A stretch of 55,831 nt of DNA, filler included, from Catajapyx aquilonaris (taxonomy: Eukaryota): NCBI GenBank assembly GCA_000934665.2. It is 2 parts of 2 records of this genome, joined end to end, with 100 filler letters (N's around TTAATTAATTAA, not from the genome) between each part and the next. Parts side by side here need not be neighbours in the genome. Positions count along the whole stretch, not along the records: positions 1 to 27,820 come from JYFJ02004998.1; 1 more part is not named here. One strand, given 5' to 3'. Positions within the stretch are counted from its first letter, which is position 1, and each line of letters begins with the position of its first letter. Shown in pieces: positions 1-12,252 of the stretch. The position numbers were made by a program, and so were the translations under genes. The notes beneath the pieces are model-generated. The model searched no databases and was not told the origin of the DNA. It saw only the letters and a list, made by a program, of their open reading frames with translations.

Positions 1-241
1 GGTTTGAACCCAGCCGAGGTCGGTGACAATTCTCCGGGTGGTAGAAAAGTGAGAGTGCGCCTTCCTTTGGAGGGGAAGTAAAGCCGTCGGTCCCGTGTGC
101 TTGTGACATTGCACGAGTGCATGTTAAAGATCCCCAGAGTGGCCAAATATCCAGGAGGGGGAGGAGGACCCCCTGGCGTCGGTGTTGAGCCTAGCGGCAG
201 AAATAGACCGACGTTAAGCCCCCACTAATGTATGTATGTAT
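1..241 (+). mobile_element. tRNA-derived SINE, Deu/Nin-domain-like (cut by window start)
   Basis: Near-identical to 52214-52487. B-box ggtttgaaccc, central ggaggggaagtaaagcc...gttaaagatcccc, (atgt)n tail. Confidence 0.75.
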
Positions 242-512
242 GATTGGGTTTCAACCACTTCTAGTAACTGAAAAAAATTATCCAAAAAAGGCCCCATTTC
301 TAAACTTGCGCGATTTTTTCCTTCCCCATGGTATTTCGCAATTTGTCTGAAACTTGATATGCAGTGTTATGGCATAGGTGTCAATTTTTAAACCGAAATC
401 CGAGATGATCTAGAAACATTTAGGCCCACTTGATTGGGAATAAACCCTATATTAAGTATTTTTGTCTTTTGACTGTCACGAGGCCAAAAACAAATTGCAG
501 ACAAAATTAATG
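242..512. repeat. Dispersed repeat, also at about 17415-17686 (direct) and about 17178-17335 (inverted)
   Basis: The sequence aaaaaggccccatttc...gaaacttgatatgcagtgtt...gcagacaaaattaatgg recurs. Confidence 0.8.
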
Positions 513-1298
513 GGGGTCATTCCATGTCAATTCACCGAGCTTTTAAGGAAAATTGACCCTTGGGTTGTCAGATTTTGACGAAAATCGGCGAATCGCTTTA
601 ATTACGTCTTTCAACGTGTCATCCATTGCCTTTCAACTTGATTAATGTTAAGTCACACAAAGAATGGCCGCAAAAGTATCACATCTGCAAGCTGACACTG
701 CATGGGACATTGCTATACGTTTTAATTTGGACCCCTCTGAATATTTTACTGCTCCTGATTTCGCCCCCCACACTTCCCCCTAGTTTTATAGTTATTTTAT
801 GGAGCAACTTCCCAGCTGCCCAATCTCTCTTTTTCGCCTGAACTGCAACGGCACATAGATGGAGACGATCTGGGCTTGCTGCTGTGCTGGGGTGGAGTGG
901 GCCGCACGCCCCAATGTCTTGCATGCAAGAAATCAGCACGCTGTGGTTGCCCCGGGAGAGCGCATGCGCTGTGCCGTCCTGGGTGGGAATAAGTAACCAC
1001 GCGAAACATTGAGAATTTTGGCAAACAGCACAAACTGCATGCGGTGAAACCAGCCAGAACTCTTGAGGGTGCCATGCTAACCCTGTCACCCATGTGACAG
1101 CTATGCCATGCATGTGGAGATCCTATCAATAGTTGGACAACTTTCCATATATACTTGGATAAAATCTCATAATGGTGGGCCTCGAGTTCTCCAGTGACCC
1201 ATAGCTGCCTGCTGGCACAGTCACCCTTGCCAGGTTTGGCCATTCTGGAGTTGGGGAATGACTAAGAGAGGTGCGTTCTTTCAATGCTATTGTACATT

Positions 1299-1548
1299 GA
1301 GGGGGTTAAAATCAAAAACTGCCAGCTCCGTCCTAAACGTAACGGGGAAAAACGATAAAAACCTACAGTTTCGCCGTATATGTCAACGTAGATACCTGAA
1401 TGTAGCGGCTATACCCATATACATATGTAGGGTTTTTTTATACCATATTCAGGTATTATGTATTCCATGGCACGAGGAATGCATTTCCGGCGCTACTCAT
1501 TTTGTTTTGTTTTTCTGGAGCTGGCGGTTTTTGATTTTAATCCCCTCA
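1299..1548. mobile_element. MITE-like inverted repeat
   Basis: Arms gagggggttaaaatcaaaaactgccagctcc and ggagctggcggtttttgattttaatcccctc. Confidence 0.65.
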
Positions 1549-1940
1549 TTTACTCCACAACCTTCAATTTTGCATTATACAGGGTGTTTCCTGTAACTCT
1601 GTAGAGACTTTCAGGGGTCATTTATCTTCCGTTGTTGTGGCGAGGTAAGGATAATCCACACCCGCATAATCGTGAGTACAGTATATACGCTATTATATGC
1701 TATTATCTATACCAGAACTACTCATCCTGGAAAATACCACCACCATGTCAGCTGCAACAGGTAACTTAAGAAGCCATTATCTCGCAAACTCCAGTATGTC
1801 AACCGCAACAGACTTCACTTTTTGAATCAAGCATATGGATGGTTTCCCTACGTCAAGTTTCATAAGCTTCTCAACTTACAGCAAGTACTGTGCCCTTGTG
1901 AGAGCAGGTGCTCACCTTCCCTAACACCCCATGTACTGTA

Positions 1941-2421
1941 CAGGGTGTAAATGAATTCAATCGACAAACTTGTAGGGGTAATAGAGGGGACCAAGACAAG
2001 TATTTTTGACATAGGAACCCGTGTCCGGAAACGCCATCTAGAGGGGGTTCATAGACGAGGAACGGGTGCGCTCAGATGCTCCACGCGGGAGGTGCTAGGC
2101 AAGCGGACTGATACGTTGATAGATGGCGCTCGGATAGTAAATAAAGGTGAGATGCGCCTTAACCTGGCAACAACAGAGCCATCTAGCAACTAAAGTACGC
2201 CTCCTAGGAGACGCATGGAGAGTAAACAACAGTTCTGTTGTTGCCATGTTATGGCGTATCACGTCGTTGTTTGCTTACGACGACGCGATATGCCATAACC
2301 TGGCAACAACTGCGCGTCCTCTATCACCAAAACAGTCCGCTTGCCTAGCGCCTCCCTCCTGACGCGTGTGAGCACACCCGTTCCTTGTCTATGAACCCCC
2401 TCTAGATGGCGTTACACCCTG
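1941..2421. mobile_element. Tc1/mariner-type MITE
   Basis: TIR cagggtgtaa...ttacaccctg, TA target duplication, internal palindrome. The empty site is visible in the paralog at about 9771. Confidence 0.9.
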
Positions 2422-2486
2422 TATATCATACGCAGACAGACTCTTCACAAAGCCGTTTATATGGCGAAAGTAAATGTGATACTCAC

Positions 2487-2540
2487 ACCACTGCGGCCAG
2501 CAGAAGGGGAAGCTGGTGGCATGCTGGTGGCTCCGGTATC
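2487..2540 (-). CDS. Candidate small phase-0 exon (DTGATSMPPASPSAGRSG)
   Basis: tgtttttag|...|gtgagt, 54 nt. Differs from paralog 9837-9878 by a frame-preserving 12-nt length change. Confidence 0.5.
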
Positions 2541-2706
2541 CTAAAAACACAATTAAAATTCCATTAGGATGAATAAAAGCCACTGGGATTCTTCCCAAAG
2601 CCCTTAATATTTTTGAATTATTTGGAGGCCCCTGCCCTGGGATAAATTGTGCAGATGAAAACCCTCCTAACCATACAGAGCCATCAATAATAAGTAATGG
2701 GAAGAT

Positions 2707-2710
<4 letters not shown>

Positions 2711-2779
<69 letters not shown>

Positions 2780-3032
2780 GATATCCCATGATAGGCCTCC
2801 TTGGGCTTCTTAGGGGATAATCTTTTAAATACATGTCTTTAATCATTGCCTGCACTATCATGGATTTTGATTGTGGGAGGAAATGGGAGAACCCAGAGAA
2901 AACCCACACGAACATGGAGAGAACCCATCGAAACTCAATCCACATAAGTATCCCCCGTCCGACCCGGGGATCGAACTCGGGACTTCAGAGGTGGAAGGCT
3001 GCGGCGATAACAACTCCGCCACCAAGTCGCCC
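2711..3032 (-). mobile_element. tRNA-derived SINE with V-domain-like core
   Basis: 15-bp TSD aatgggaagatatta (2696-2710 and 3033-3047), A/B boxes, (TTA)n tail. Confidence 0.88.
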
Positions 3033-3241
3033 AATGGGAAGATATTATCATTGCATACGTATGCCTTTAGACTTGCAATAGAAACTGTCAGTAGAATAGA
3101 AGACATGGTCCTAAACATAATATATTCTTTTCCCTTTTCCTCTCACCCCAGGAATCAATCCAGGGCAGACTGGCAATGATGTCGCAAAGTTTCAAATTAT
3201 AACTCATCTGCATCACCAGACCATCAGTCATCAAACTTAAC

Positions 3242-3433
3242 CTCCACTCCAGGGTAATGTTGCGCGCAGAAGATGTCAAGGAATCTAGATCTGAGAGCCT
3301 TTGGTACCGACATGTTCACATGTGTGGCTCTTACACAAAGCCACAGGGGGTCCTCCCTCTCCCCTGAGGAATCATCTGACTCATCCTCAGGGAGGACCTC
3401 CTGTGGCTCAGGCTCCTCTCTCTCCAGACTCAT
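3242..3433 (-). CDS. Candidate acidic exon (MSLEREEPEPQEVLPEDESDDSSGERED...)
   Basis: Polypyrimidine tract and gacag| lie directly before the ATG at 3433. Donor GAG|gttaag at 3242/3241, or read-through to the stop at 3224. Confidence 0.5.
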
Positions 3434-4209
3434 CTGTCTTTACAGAAGAAAAACCAGCATTTAGCGGCTAAAGTTTAGCCATATAAAATAATTCAGGAAA
3501 ATGTGCCTTATGTGTCTGGGGTGGGCAACCTATGCCCAGTATTGGCTGGATTCAGTTGGGTTGATACCAACGAAATTGGGCCATTTTTGGAAATTGCAGC
3601 ATCTAAAGACTATTTAATGTTACCGTTTTTTCATGAAACATTGCATAGCTTTGAAACTAGAAATGCAGACACAGAGGGATGCATTGTACAATGCCAAGAT
3701 GCAATAACCTTTAGGAACTAACTACATCATATGATGCTAGTATTAGGTGAACTGGAAAGTTCCATGCAAATCATGAACTTCATTCACATTTTTACTTAAT
3801 TGTCAAACAACCACCAATTAATATTGTCTTCAAAAGTAGCACAATGTTAATGGCAAGGGGGGGAAAACACCCCTCAATTCAATATTTCCATTGCTTCACT
3901 TTTCTTACTTGCCAATCACACTACTAGCATTTACCAGACTAAAAATTATGCAAAGCACATCATCTTCTTCTCCATCAATTCAGATAAACATGAAGCCACA
4001 AGGACAAAGACCAATCAGTTCCCCACAATACTTGGCTTTCTTTTCCAAACTTCACACACCTGCTGTACTGATTTTTTGACAGTGTTACCACGTGACCTCT
4101 ATATGATTATTAGCCCCTCAAGATCACCTTGTAGGCCTCACATTTCACAATGACAATTCTCTTTCAAAGACTATCAATGTTCTTCAGCTAGTGCGGAAGA
4201 AGTACTTAC

Positions 4210-4278
4210 TTCCGGCAACCACCACCTCAGAGGCTTCTTCCCCTTACTGCGGGGGGGCTGCGGCTGGTCCCCAGCATC
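4210..4278 (-). CDS. Candidate small phase-0 exon (DAGDQPQPPRSKGKKPLRWWLPE)
   Basis: aatttcag|...GAA|gtaagt, 69 nt, a GC-rich island in AT-rich flanks. Confidence 0.55.
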
Positions 4279-4513
4279 CTGAAATTATACAGACAGGATT
4301 AAGATACCGCCATGGTGCCATGTTGGATTATGTCCATCTTGATTGCTTGATTATCATACACAGACATAGGCTCATGAATCTTTTACAAAGCAGTTTTATT
4401 TGTGCCAAAAGTGTCATTTTGGCAATACCCTTAACATGTCAACCTCACCTGAGAGGTGGAGGGATTTTATCATTAAATCAGCCTAACAGTTGGTCGGCAG
4501 TCATTTCATTTTC

Positions 4514-5045
4514 AATCACCCTGTATAGCTGTTGTTATTTGTAAAATATCTTGTCTTCAGAGTATCTGCAGAAAATATAAGTGCTTTTGACCTAGCTGGT
4601 AGCGAATGGGTTAAAATTTTCCCGATAATAGTTGATGATGGCCAATTTTTCCAGTAGCATATACTGTATAGTGTTCACAGAAAGTATTATTTAGTAAAAT
4701 AAATGCTAGTTGCAATGTGGCAACACGGCAAATGGGATATTATAGATCAGTCAACATAAGAACGCAACCAAGTGTGCATCGCCGTGGCGGACAGGATGAA
4801 ATATCGGTACTGGAATCAGAAATGATCTGTATGACCATGCCAGCTTCAGAAAAAAGTGTCGACTTGAATAGGTGAAATGATTTTTCTCTCTCTCCCTTGG
4901 GACAAACCCGATGGGGAAGTTTTTTCCAGGGACATAATGTGTTGTGGACGAAATTTCCGGGGACGTTTTGTCTAGGATGAAATTTCGTAGAACCCCCCCT
5001 CCTTCTGACTTTTCGTCAGCTATTACTGGTCTAGGTAATCACCTG

Positions 5046-5079
<34 letters not shown>

Positions 5080-5412
5080 AGGTTGTTGTTGTTGTAGCTG
5101 CTGCTGCTGCTGCTGATGCTGATGATGCTGCTGCTGGTGGTGCTGCCGAGGCTGATGCTGCTGGAGCTGCTGCGGGTTGCTGCTGGTGGTTGTTGCTGTG
5201 TAAGCAGGATTTTTTTTTGTCAAGAAATTCAGATTCACTTCCAAACTAAACCGCTAGAATAGGGGACCTGATCAGGGCACAATAAGCTATACAGGCACCA
5301 AATAACAGCTTTGAGTGAAATTTCCAATAACTAAAAGGACCCATGACCTTGGAACATCCCGCATAAAAAAGCACCTCTCAGTATAACAGAACACATGGTT
5401 CCCAAACTAACA
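4514..5412. repeat. Local duplication blocks B (4514-4744 / 6736-6991) and C (5198-5412 / 8054-8265)
   Basis: Direct repeats aatcaccctg...gggatattata and tgtaagcag...ctcagtataacaga. Confidence 0.85.
5043..5195 (-). CDS. Candidate low-complexity (S/Q-rich, CAG-repeat) exon
   Basis: cttacacag|CAACAACC...CAGCAG|gtgatt, 153 nt, frame-preserving. Could be merely a microsatellite. Confidence 0.35.
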
Positions 5413-5489
5413 AGCTAAAAAAATGGGGAGAGAAAAATAAGCACCTTACATTCAATATGGTGGAAAATCAGTCCACCTAACACACACCA

Positions 5490-5830
5490 TGTACACTTTT
5501 TTCTGCGAAATTCTGTGCCTGTTGCAGGAACTTTCCAGCCACCCATTTGAGGCCAATTTGACATACCAAGTTTTTGGCCTATTAATTTTGCCTGCTCTTT
5601 TGGACCATCTGCCTGGACACGAGCTATATGTTGAGCCGATGTCAATCCCATTCCTCTTCCCCAACATTTTACAAGGAGGAAGAATAGAAAAACTGGACTG
5701 AACAGTGAACTTGAAGGCTACGAATAACGGGTCACAATCTTCTTGGCCCCCCAACAGGCCGCATCTCCATTTTCCAACCACAATTAGTCCCCTTTCCTCT
5801 CGAAATATCTTCAAGTGCACTGTCTCACAG
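5490..5830 (-). mobile_element. Tigger/pogo transposase remnant
   Basis: Frameshifted CENP-B-type HTH (DGP..QAK...QKLG..ASNGWLES..NRHRI); homologous to 34330-34810. Confidence 0.7.
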
Positions 5831-8344
5831 CAATTCCAGTCGTTCTGTATATTTTAGCATATTAATTTTCATAGTTAAATGAGCCTAACAGTTGGCCAGT
5901 AGTACTCGAAACTCGAGTTTTCAAGGCTGTCTTTTTGTAAATTAATTTAGGGACTTCTGGATGAGTAAAATTGTTCACAACACATTCATTGTGTTTTCCA
6001 TGAATGGATAAAAACCGGGTGATCGAGAAAAAATTGCGTAGATTTTAAAATCCTATAACTCAAAAGCTTATAAACACATTTAAATTATTTCAGCTTTGAA
6101 ATGCTATGAAAAGTCTCAAGGTTTGGTCTCACCTCAGTTTGTTTCCATATGCACTTCATTTGCCGCTCGACAGATTTAAAAATACTGTTTTACTTCTAGT
6201 GCCAATCCCGCTCAATCATATCAGGAGTTACCATTGCGATCCCATCCCGTAGGTGATGGATGTCTCGTATCATTACACCCCACACATTATTCTTGATGAT
6301 TCAAATAAAAAAGTCGCCTCATCCATGAATCCAACCTGCCTTAGAAAAGTCTCATTTGTTCAGCCTCCCAGTGTGCGAAGGCTTCCATGAGAAGTTTCTC
6401 CATCCCTACCTCCTCCAAAAGCCCAGATGTTACACCATTAAACTTTTTTGTGGAGATATATGTATGGTGAAAAGATCCGGCATCACCAGCACCTATGGGA
6501 TAAGATTGCAATGGTAACGCCACACATGCCTTAGAGGGTTTGGCACGACACCGATTACTATTGTACGAGTATTTACATTTGCTGGGCGACGAATGTAGCT
6601 CGTATAGAAACAAAATATGGCGAGTCCAAAACTTTAGAGTGTTTAGACAGTTCTTAGCATTTCAAAAGTTAAATCATTTAGATATGTCTACAAGTTTTCG
6701 AGTTATAGGGTTTTTAAATATGTGCATTAATTTTAAATCACCCTGTGTAGCTGTTGTTATTTGTAAAATATCTTGTCTTTATCTTCAGAGTAAGTGCACA
6801 TGAAAATCTAGGCACTTTTGACCTAGCTGGTAGCAATTGGGTTAAAATGCTTCTGGAATGTTAATATTAATTTTTCAGATAATCGTTGATGATGGCCAAT
6901 TTTTCGAGTCACATATTGTTCTCAAAAAATATAATTTAGTAAAATAAATGCTAGTTGCACAATGTGGCAACAATGCAAATGGGATATTATACTGTGCAAT
7001 CATGCTTGAGTGCAGTTAAATTTTTAGCAATATTATCTTTCTTGAACAATACACAACTCAAAAAATGGGCCACGATGGGCCATCATAATCAACTATTGTC
7101 GGAAAAATTGACATTAAAATTCCCGAAGCCATATGAAGTTCAGAAAAATTACAAATTCCCGACATTTGAGCCCAAGTTTTCACTACTCAGGGGACAGGTA
7201 CTTAAAAATTGAAGATTGACTTTTTCAGCTAATATAATGAGGAACAACTTCCAGTAAAAAATGTTGCGGAGCACTGCAAAATCAATCCTGGAAGGGATCC
7301 TTATGCAACTTACGCCAAAGCCACAGCAATGGGACAAGTATTTCAGATCACCCTGTACTGCTTGGTATGACATGGTGTGACATGGGACATACTTTCTAAG
7401 GTGAATAATGAGAAATTCCTTTGAAAAGTCTTATTGGCTGAAACACTTGAATTACGGGGATGAATTACGATCGAAACACACCAGTTTCCACCAGTGCCAC
7501 CAACCATGTACCATTTGATGTGAGAATTGCGACATTGGAAGTAAAATAAAGCAAAAGTTCAGCAAAGAGTATGCGGATTTCCTAGCATCCCACATGTAGG
7601 ATGCCTTGTAAATTTTCCTTTGTAGTTAAAATTTTACACCAAACAATTTTTTGTATCTTGTTTCCAGCCTTCTAACGCGTTACAGGTGAGCTCTGGCACA
7701 GACGAGGGATGACCAAGTGGTGTTAATCCTTCATTGTGGACGAGAGGGATGGACTTACATGGAAGTGCCAGCCCAGTTTAAAAAAAATAGATATTTGTAG
7801 AGGTCCATTATAAGCCAATTAGCAATTATCCAACTGCTCTACATCTTATTGACCTCTGCAGAAGACTCCCATTCAACTCGGACACCAATTATATCTGAGC
7901 CAATCCATCTCCCCCTTATTGAAGAATTAACATCACTCTGTCATCTTTTGTCAGAGGCATAGCTGTAATCAGAATACAATACTGCCATTGGGTCCAGACT
8001 CTATGCCACCCTGTAGATTGAGATATCATTACCCTGGCCGAATCTCTCTCTTATGTAAGCAGAAAATTTGTTTGTCAAAAAAATTTCAATTCACTTCCAA
8101 ACTAATCTGCTAGAATATGGGACCTGATCAGGGCACAACAAGCTACACACAAAAAATAACAGCTTTGAGTGAAATTTCCAATAACTAAAAGGACCCATGA
8201 CCTTGGAACATCCTGCATAAAAAAGCGCCTCTCAGTATAACAGATGACATGGTCCCCCACAAGCCCACAAAGTTTCCTACCAGAGTATAGCAAAAGGTTA
8301 AAGCAGCAAATTTTCCCACAAGTTGAGAAAATTTATTAATATTC

Positions 8345-9539
8345 ACTAGCAGGATACCCGGCGTTGCTCGGGTTATGAAATACTCATGTTATGAAATACC
8401 TCATGTTCGTAGAGAAATTGAATTTTCTAACATGAGTCCAGAGATAAGAAGACTTTAGGCAAGGTTTTATCTCATCGGCTCGTGTGCCTTGTGGAACAAC
8501 AGCAAATGTCTGTCTGAAGTCCCCAGCCAAAACCAAAGTTACTCCACCCATAATATTTTTGCATTCCCGGATATCCTGCAGTGTCCTGTCCAGAGCTTCA
8601 AAAGCTGCTTTGTGGGACATGGTGCACTCATCCCAAACAATTAACCTGCACTGATTCAAAAGTTGTGCCACCCCAGTACCCTTGCTGATGTTGCACCTTG
8701 CATTTTCCTGTGTAGCTAAATTTAGAGGAAGTTTGAAAGCTGCATGAGCAGTCCTCCCACCCGGCAAAAGAGTATAGATGCTATGCCAGAAGAGGCAACC
8801 TCAAGTGCAATATTTTTTGTTGATCCTGACGAACTTTCACCAACAACAGATTAGTCACAAATGTTTTACCAGTTCCTCCTGGTGCACCAAGGAAAAAAAC
8901 TCCACCTTTCTGATGACCCTGTCCATTGTCTACAATTGTCGAATAAGCAGATCTCTGATCTGGTAGCAACTTTGAGCAACCTCTCGAACGTTGTTGCCGT
9001 GGCCACGTTTTGTTTTTTTTTGTACATAATATTAATGAAATGTCGATTGTTAGGGAAGGGGGTGGGGGGTGGTTGCGGGGAAGAGGGTAGGGTGGGGGTG
9101 GGGGCATGGAACCAGCATGGAACAGGAGGGGGCGGGCGGATGGAGGAGTGCATCGGAAGGGGGAGACGGACCGGGGCTTTTTTGGCGGACGAAGAATATA
9201 TGAAAAGAAGGCCTGGAGGTGGCGGCATGAGGAGAGGGTGATGTGACCAAAGTGGATGTGACCCCTTGGGCCTTGAGAGAAGGAAGGACCATTTCCATGG
9301 CAACTTGTTTATATACCAATATGCGGATTATTAGAACAGGGCGCCAACATCCAAAGTTCTTTTCGCCTCCTGTGGCCAAGGATGACCTCGGAGGTCAATT
9401 CCAATGCGCTAAGAACCTTCCCGGTAAAAAAAACTACCCCTAGTGATACCCCTGGGGCATATGTGGAGGCCTCCGTAGGGATTTGCATAGGTCACAAAAG
9501 ACAGACAGACAGACATACGTCGAGAAATATGTATTAGAT
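8345..9539. mobile_element. Non-autonomous Helitron/Helentron-type element carrying a helicase fragment
   Basis: One end actagcaggatacccggcgttgctcggg, the other end (agac)n...tgtattagat, typical of HINE/DINE-like ends; internal PIF1 fragment. Confidence 0.65.
8384..8975 (-). pseudogene. Helitron RepHel PIF1-type helicase fragment (frameshifted)
   Basis: GVFFLGAPGGTGKTF (Walker A), GGRTAHAAFKLPL, IVWDECTM (Walker B), LAGDFRQ and STNMR, split across two frames. Confidence 0.92.
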
Positions 9540-9836
9540 CTATACCAGAACTACTCATCCTGGAAAACACCACCACCATGTCAGCTGCAACAGGTAACTT
9601 AAGAAGCCATTATCTCGTAAACTCCAGTATGTCAACCACAACAGACTTCACTTTTTGAATCAAGCATATGGATGGTTTCCCTACGCCAAGTTTCATACGG
9701 TTCTCAACTTACAGCAAGTACCGTGCCCTTGTGAGAGCAGGTGCTCACCTTCCCTAACACCCCATGTACTGTATATCATACGCAGACACACTCTTCACAA
9801 AGCCGTTTATATGGCGAAAGTCAATGAGATACTCAC

Positions 9837-9878
9837 GCCACTGGGGCCAGCAGAAGGGGAAGCAGATCCTGCGGCATC
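9837..9878 (-). CDS. Candidate small phase-0 exon (DAAGSASPSAGPSG)
   Basis: tgtttttag|...|gtgagt, 42 nt; paralog of 2487-2540. Confidence 0.5.
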
Positions 9879-10054
9879 CTAAAAACACAATTAAAATTCC
9901 ATTAGGATGAATAAAAGCCACTGGGATTCTTCCCAAAGCCCACTATTAGCCCTTAACATTTTTGAATTATTTGGAGGCCCCTGCCCTGGGATAAATTGTG
10001 CAGATGAAAACACTCCTAACCATACAAAGCCATCAATAATAAGTAATGGGAAAA

Positions 10055-10103
<49 letters not shown>

Positions 10104-10115
10104 GTTATTATTAAT

Positions 10116-10118
<3 letters not shown>

Positions 10119-10161
<43 letters not shown>

Positions 10162-10332
10162 GATACCACGTGATAGGCCTCCTTGGGCTTCTTAGGGGAT
10201 AATCTTTTAAATACATGTCTTTAATCATTGCCTGCACTATCATGGATTTTGATTGTGGGAGGAAATGGGAGAACCCAGAGAAAACCCACACGAACATGGA
10301 GAGAACCCATCGAAACTCAATCCACATAAGTA
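10119..10332 (-). mobile_element. V-domain-like SINE, head truncated (duplicate of 2711-2950)
   Basis: Near-identical to the copy in duplication A. Confidence 0.85.
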
Positions 10333-11483
10333 GAGAACGGATTTCTAGGTTTTTACCTACTTTTTCTTTTGTAGGCAGAACACCGGAACCATAATATCTA
10401 TCCGTTTCATAACACAAGGACCTCAAAAATCGCAGTTTTATAGAACCTAAAAATGCCTATTTCGGGTGTTGGGACCTAAATGGCCTATTAGCGCCTATTT
10501 GTGCCTATTTCGACCTTTTCACGCAGTTCGATAAGATTTTCGATAGTTCTGTAGGTTTTCCGTTCAAGGAATCCCTCCCACTTCAACCTGTAACAAGCGA
10601 AGTACCGGTTGATCGGCAAGATTCCTGGTAATATGCCGTTAACAGCTATTGCGAGTCGAAATAACTGCTATTAATAGCCGTTAAATAAGCTGCTACATTC
10701 GGCCCGGCGGATTTTTTAGCGGCCATATTGTCGCGGTCGGGACAAAATTGCGTCGTGGTCCGGATCCGGACCGCGGTCCGCCAGTTGAATATCCCTGTCC
10801 TAAACTAAAACTCGAATGCCACACCGGTCACTCTAACAGTATTGCACAAATCGCCAATCAACCGCTATACACTGTGCACTGGAACCAAAATAATTACAGG
10901 GCGGACGACCGCGCTGGGCCCTATAAAAATGTGTCTAGTGAATTAAAATTGCAATTCGCCTCTCCAGATTTTGCGGAAATGCCAAGAAAACATTGCAGAC
11001 TTCATTTTAAGCGCAATAAAAAAAAATTAAAACCGGTCAATTTCTGAGAAAAATGAAAATGAAACTTTTGGGCGCCATCTTTAATTCGAAATTTTGAATT
11101 TTCACAAACAGGATTCCTATCATATGAAAGAGTGCTAAAATAGCTTCCCATTCCAGTAATCATATTTCGGATATGTTAAAATCCTCCGAAGTTATGGCCC
11201 TCCAAGTGATGGCGGACGGACCCAAAAATCGCAAAAATCCCCATCTTTCGCACCGTGTAGTTATGCAACCACGCATCGCAGGGACAAACAAAATGAGGTC
11301 CTTGCTCAGACGCATATATATAATATAGCAGAACTCTTTGGTGTTCACTATCTGAGCGCCATCTATCAACAAAACAGTCCTCTCGCCTAGCGCCTCCCAC
11401 ATGAAGCGTCTGAGCGCACCGTTCCTTGTCTATGAACCCCCTCTAGATGGCGTTTCCGGACACAGGTTCCTATGTCAAAAATA

Positions 11484-11698
11484 AGGTGAAGTGGGGTAAG
11501 TGCATACATGGGGTAAGTGCATACACGGGGCCGCCATATTGGGATGAAAATGGCTGACGACACCAAAACACGTCAGACACTCTTTTGTGTAGCTGCACAT
11601 CACATCCCCACAAGAAGTGAGCATGTCAGTCATTTTCATTCCAATATGGCGGCCAGTTTATGCACTTACCCCCTGTATGCACTTACCCCACTTCACCT
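11484..11698. mobile_element. Palindromic MITE nested in the end of a mariner-type MITE
   Basis: TIR aggtgaagtggggtaagtgcataca / tgtatgcacttaccccacttcacct with TA TSD. The host end (about 11345-11760) matches 1975-2135 in reverse. Confidence 0.85.
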
Positions 11699-12062
11699 TA
11701 CTTGTCTTAGTCCCCTCTATCACCCCTGAAAGTCTTTGCAGAGTTACAATAAACACCCTGCATAACGGGAAACGGGATATAAACGGGCAAAACTTGCGGA
11801 GTACAATGCTTAAAAAAGTGACAGATGGGAAAATCTCCCCAACTCCAGTTTACAGTGTCTTCCTAAGCATGGCGAGGTGATACCAGGTAATCAAAGGAAG
11901 CACATTTTCCCATCAAGTAGCCAAGAAATAGTCTGTTATAGCCTTGATGAGGTGAAAATGAGTAGTCTACATCCAGAGTAAAAATATGCAGGGCTTTACG
12001 GAAATATGCAGGAACAGCCTTTCAAGTTTGTCATAACCTCGTGTATGTTAAAGACCCGGTTG

Positions 12063-12252
12063 TTATATCAGGAGTCAATGGTACTGTCAAACATCAATAG
12101 AAGATTAAGTAGAATCCATCATTTATATTCATTACTTGGTATTATCACCCAGGAAAAGTCCCTTGTCAGTACTGAAGGCTATTAAAACTCATTGAGATCA
12201 GAAGAATCTAGTGAAAACAAGTTCCTTTAAAAATGGCACTATATTTCCAATT
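12063..12252. repeat. Local duplication D (paralog 14739-14926)
   Basis: ttatatcaggagtcaat...gagatcagaagaatctagtgaaaacaagttcctttaaaaatggca...tttccaatt occurs twice. Confidence 0.93.

Larger units (their letters stand above)
1705..2950. repeat. Local segmental duplication A (paralog 9538-10332)
   Basis: High identity from atctataccagaactactc to ccacataagta, apart from the MITE at 1941-2421. Confidence 0.92.

Noticed and set aside
679..1243. Overlapping 144-148 aa minus-strand ORFs
   Set aside because: No recognisable domain. An acceptor at about 1245 would give only NGQTWQG* in phase 0, so this could be a terminal exon or UTR, but I cannot support it.
2667..3179. ORFs starting MWIEFRWVLS... 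(also 10016, 20150, 28582)
   Set aside because: They are translations of SINE copies and (TTA)n tails, not genes.
4944..5249. Plus-strand poly-L/V/A ORF
   Set aside because: Antisense reading of a CAG/CAA microsatellite.
6017..6745. Possible Tc1-like remnant with c(a/c)gggtgat ends and an FMDEATF motif
   Set aside because: Too degraded to define confidently.
8861..9443. Pro- or Gly-rich ORFs on both strands
   Set aside because: Produced by a G-rich low-complexity tract inside the Helentron-like element.
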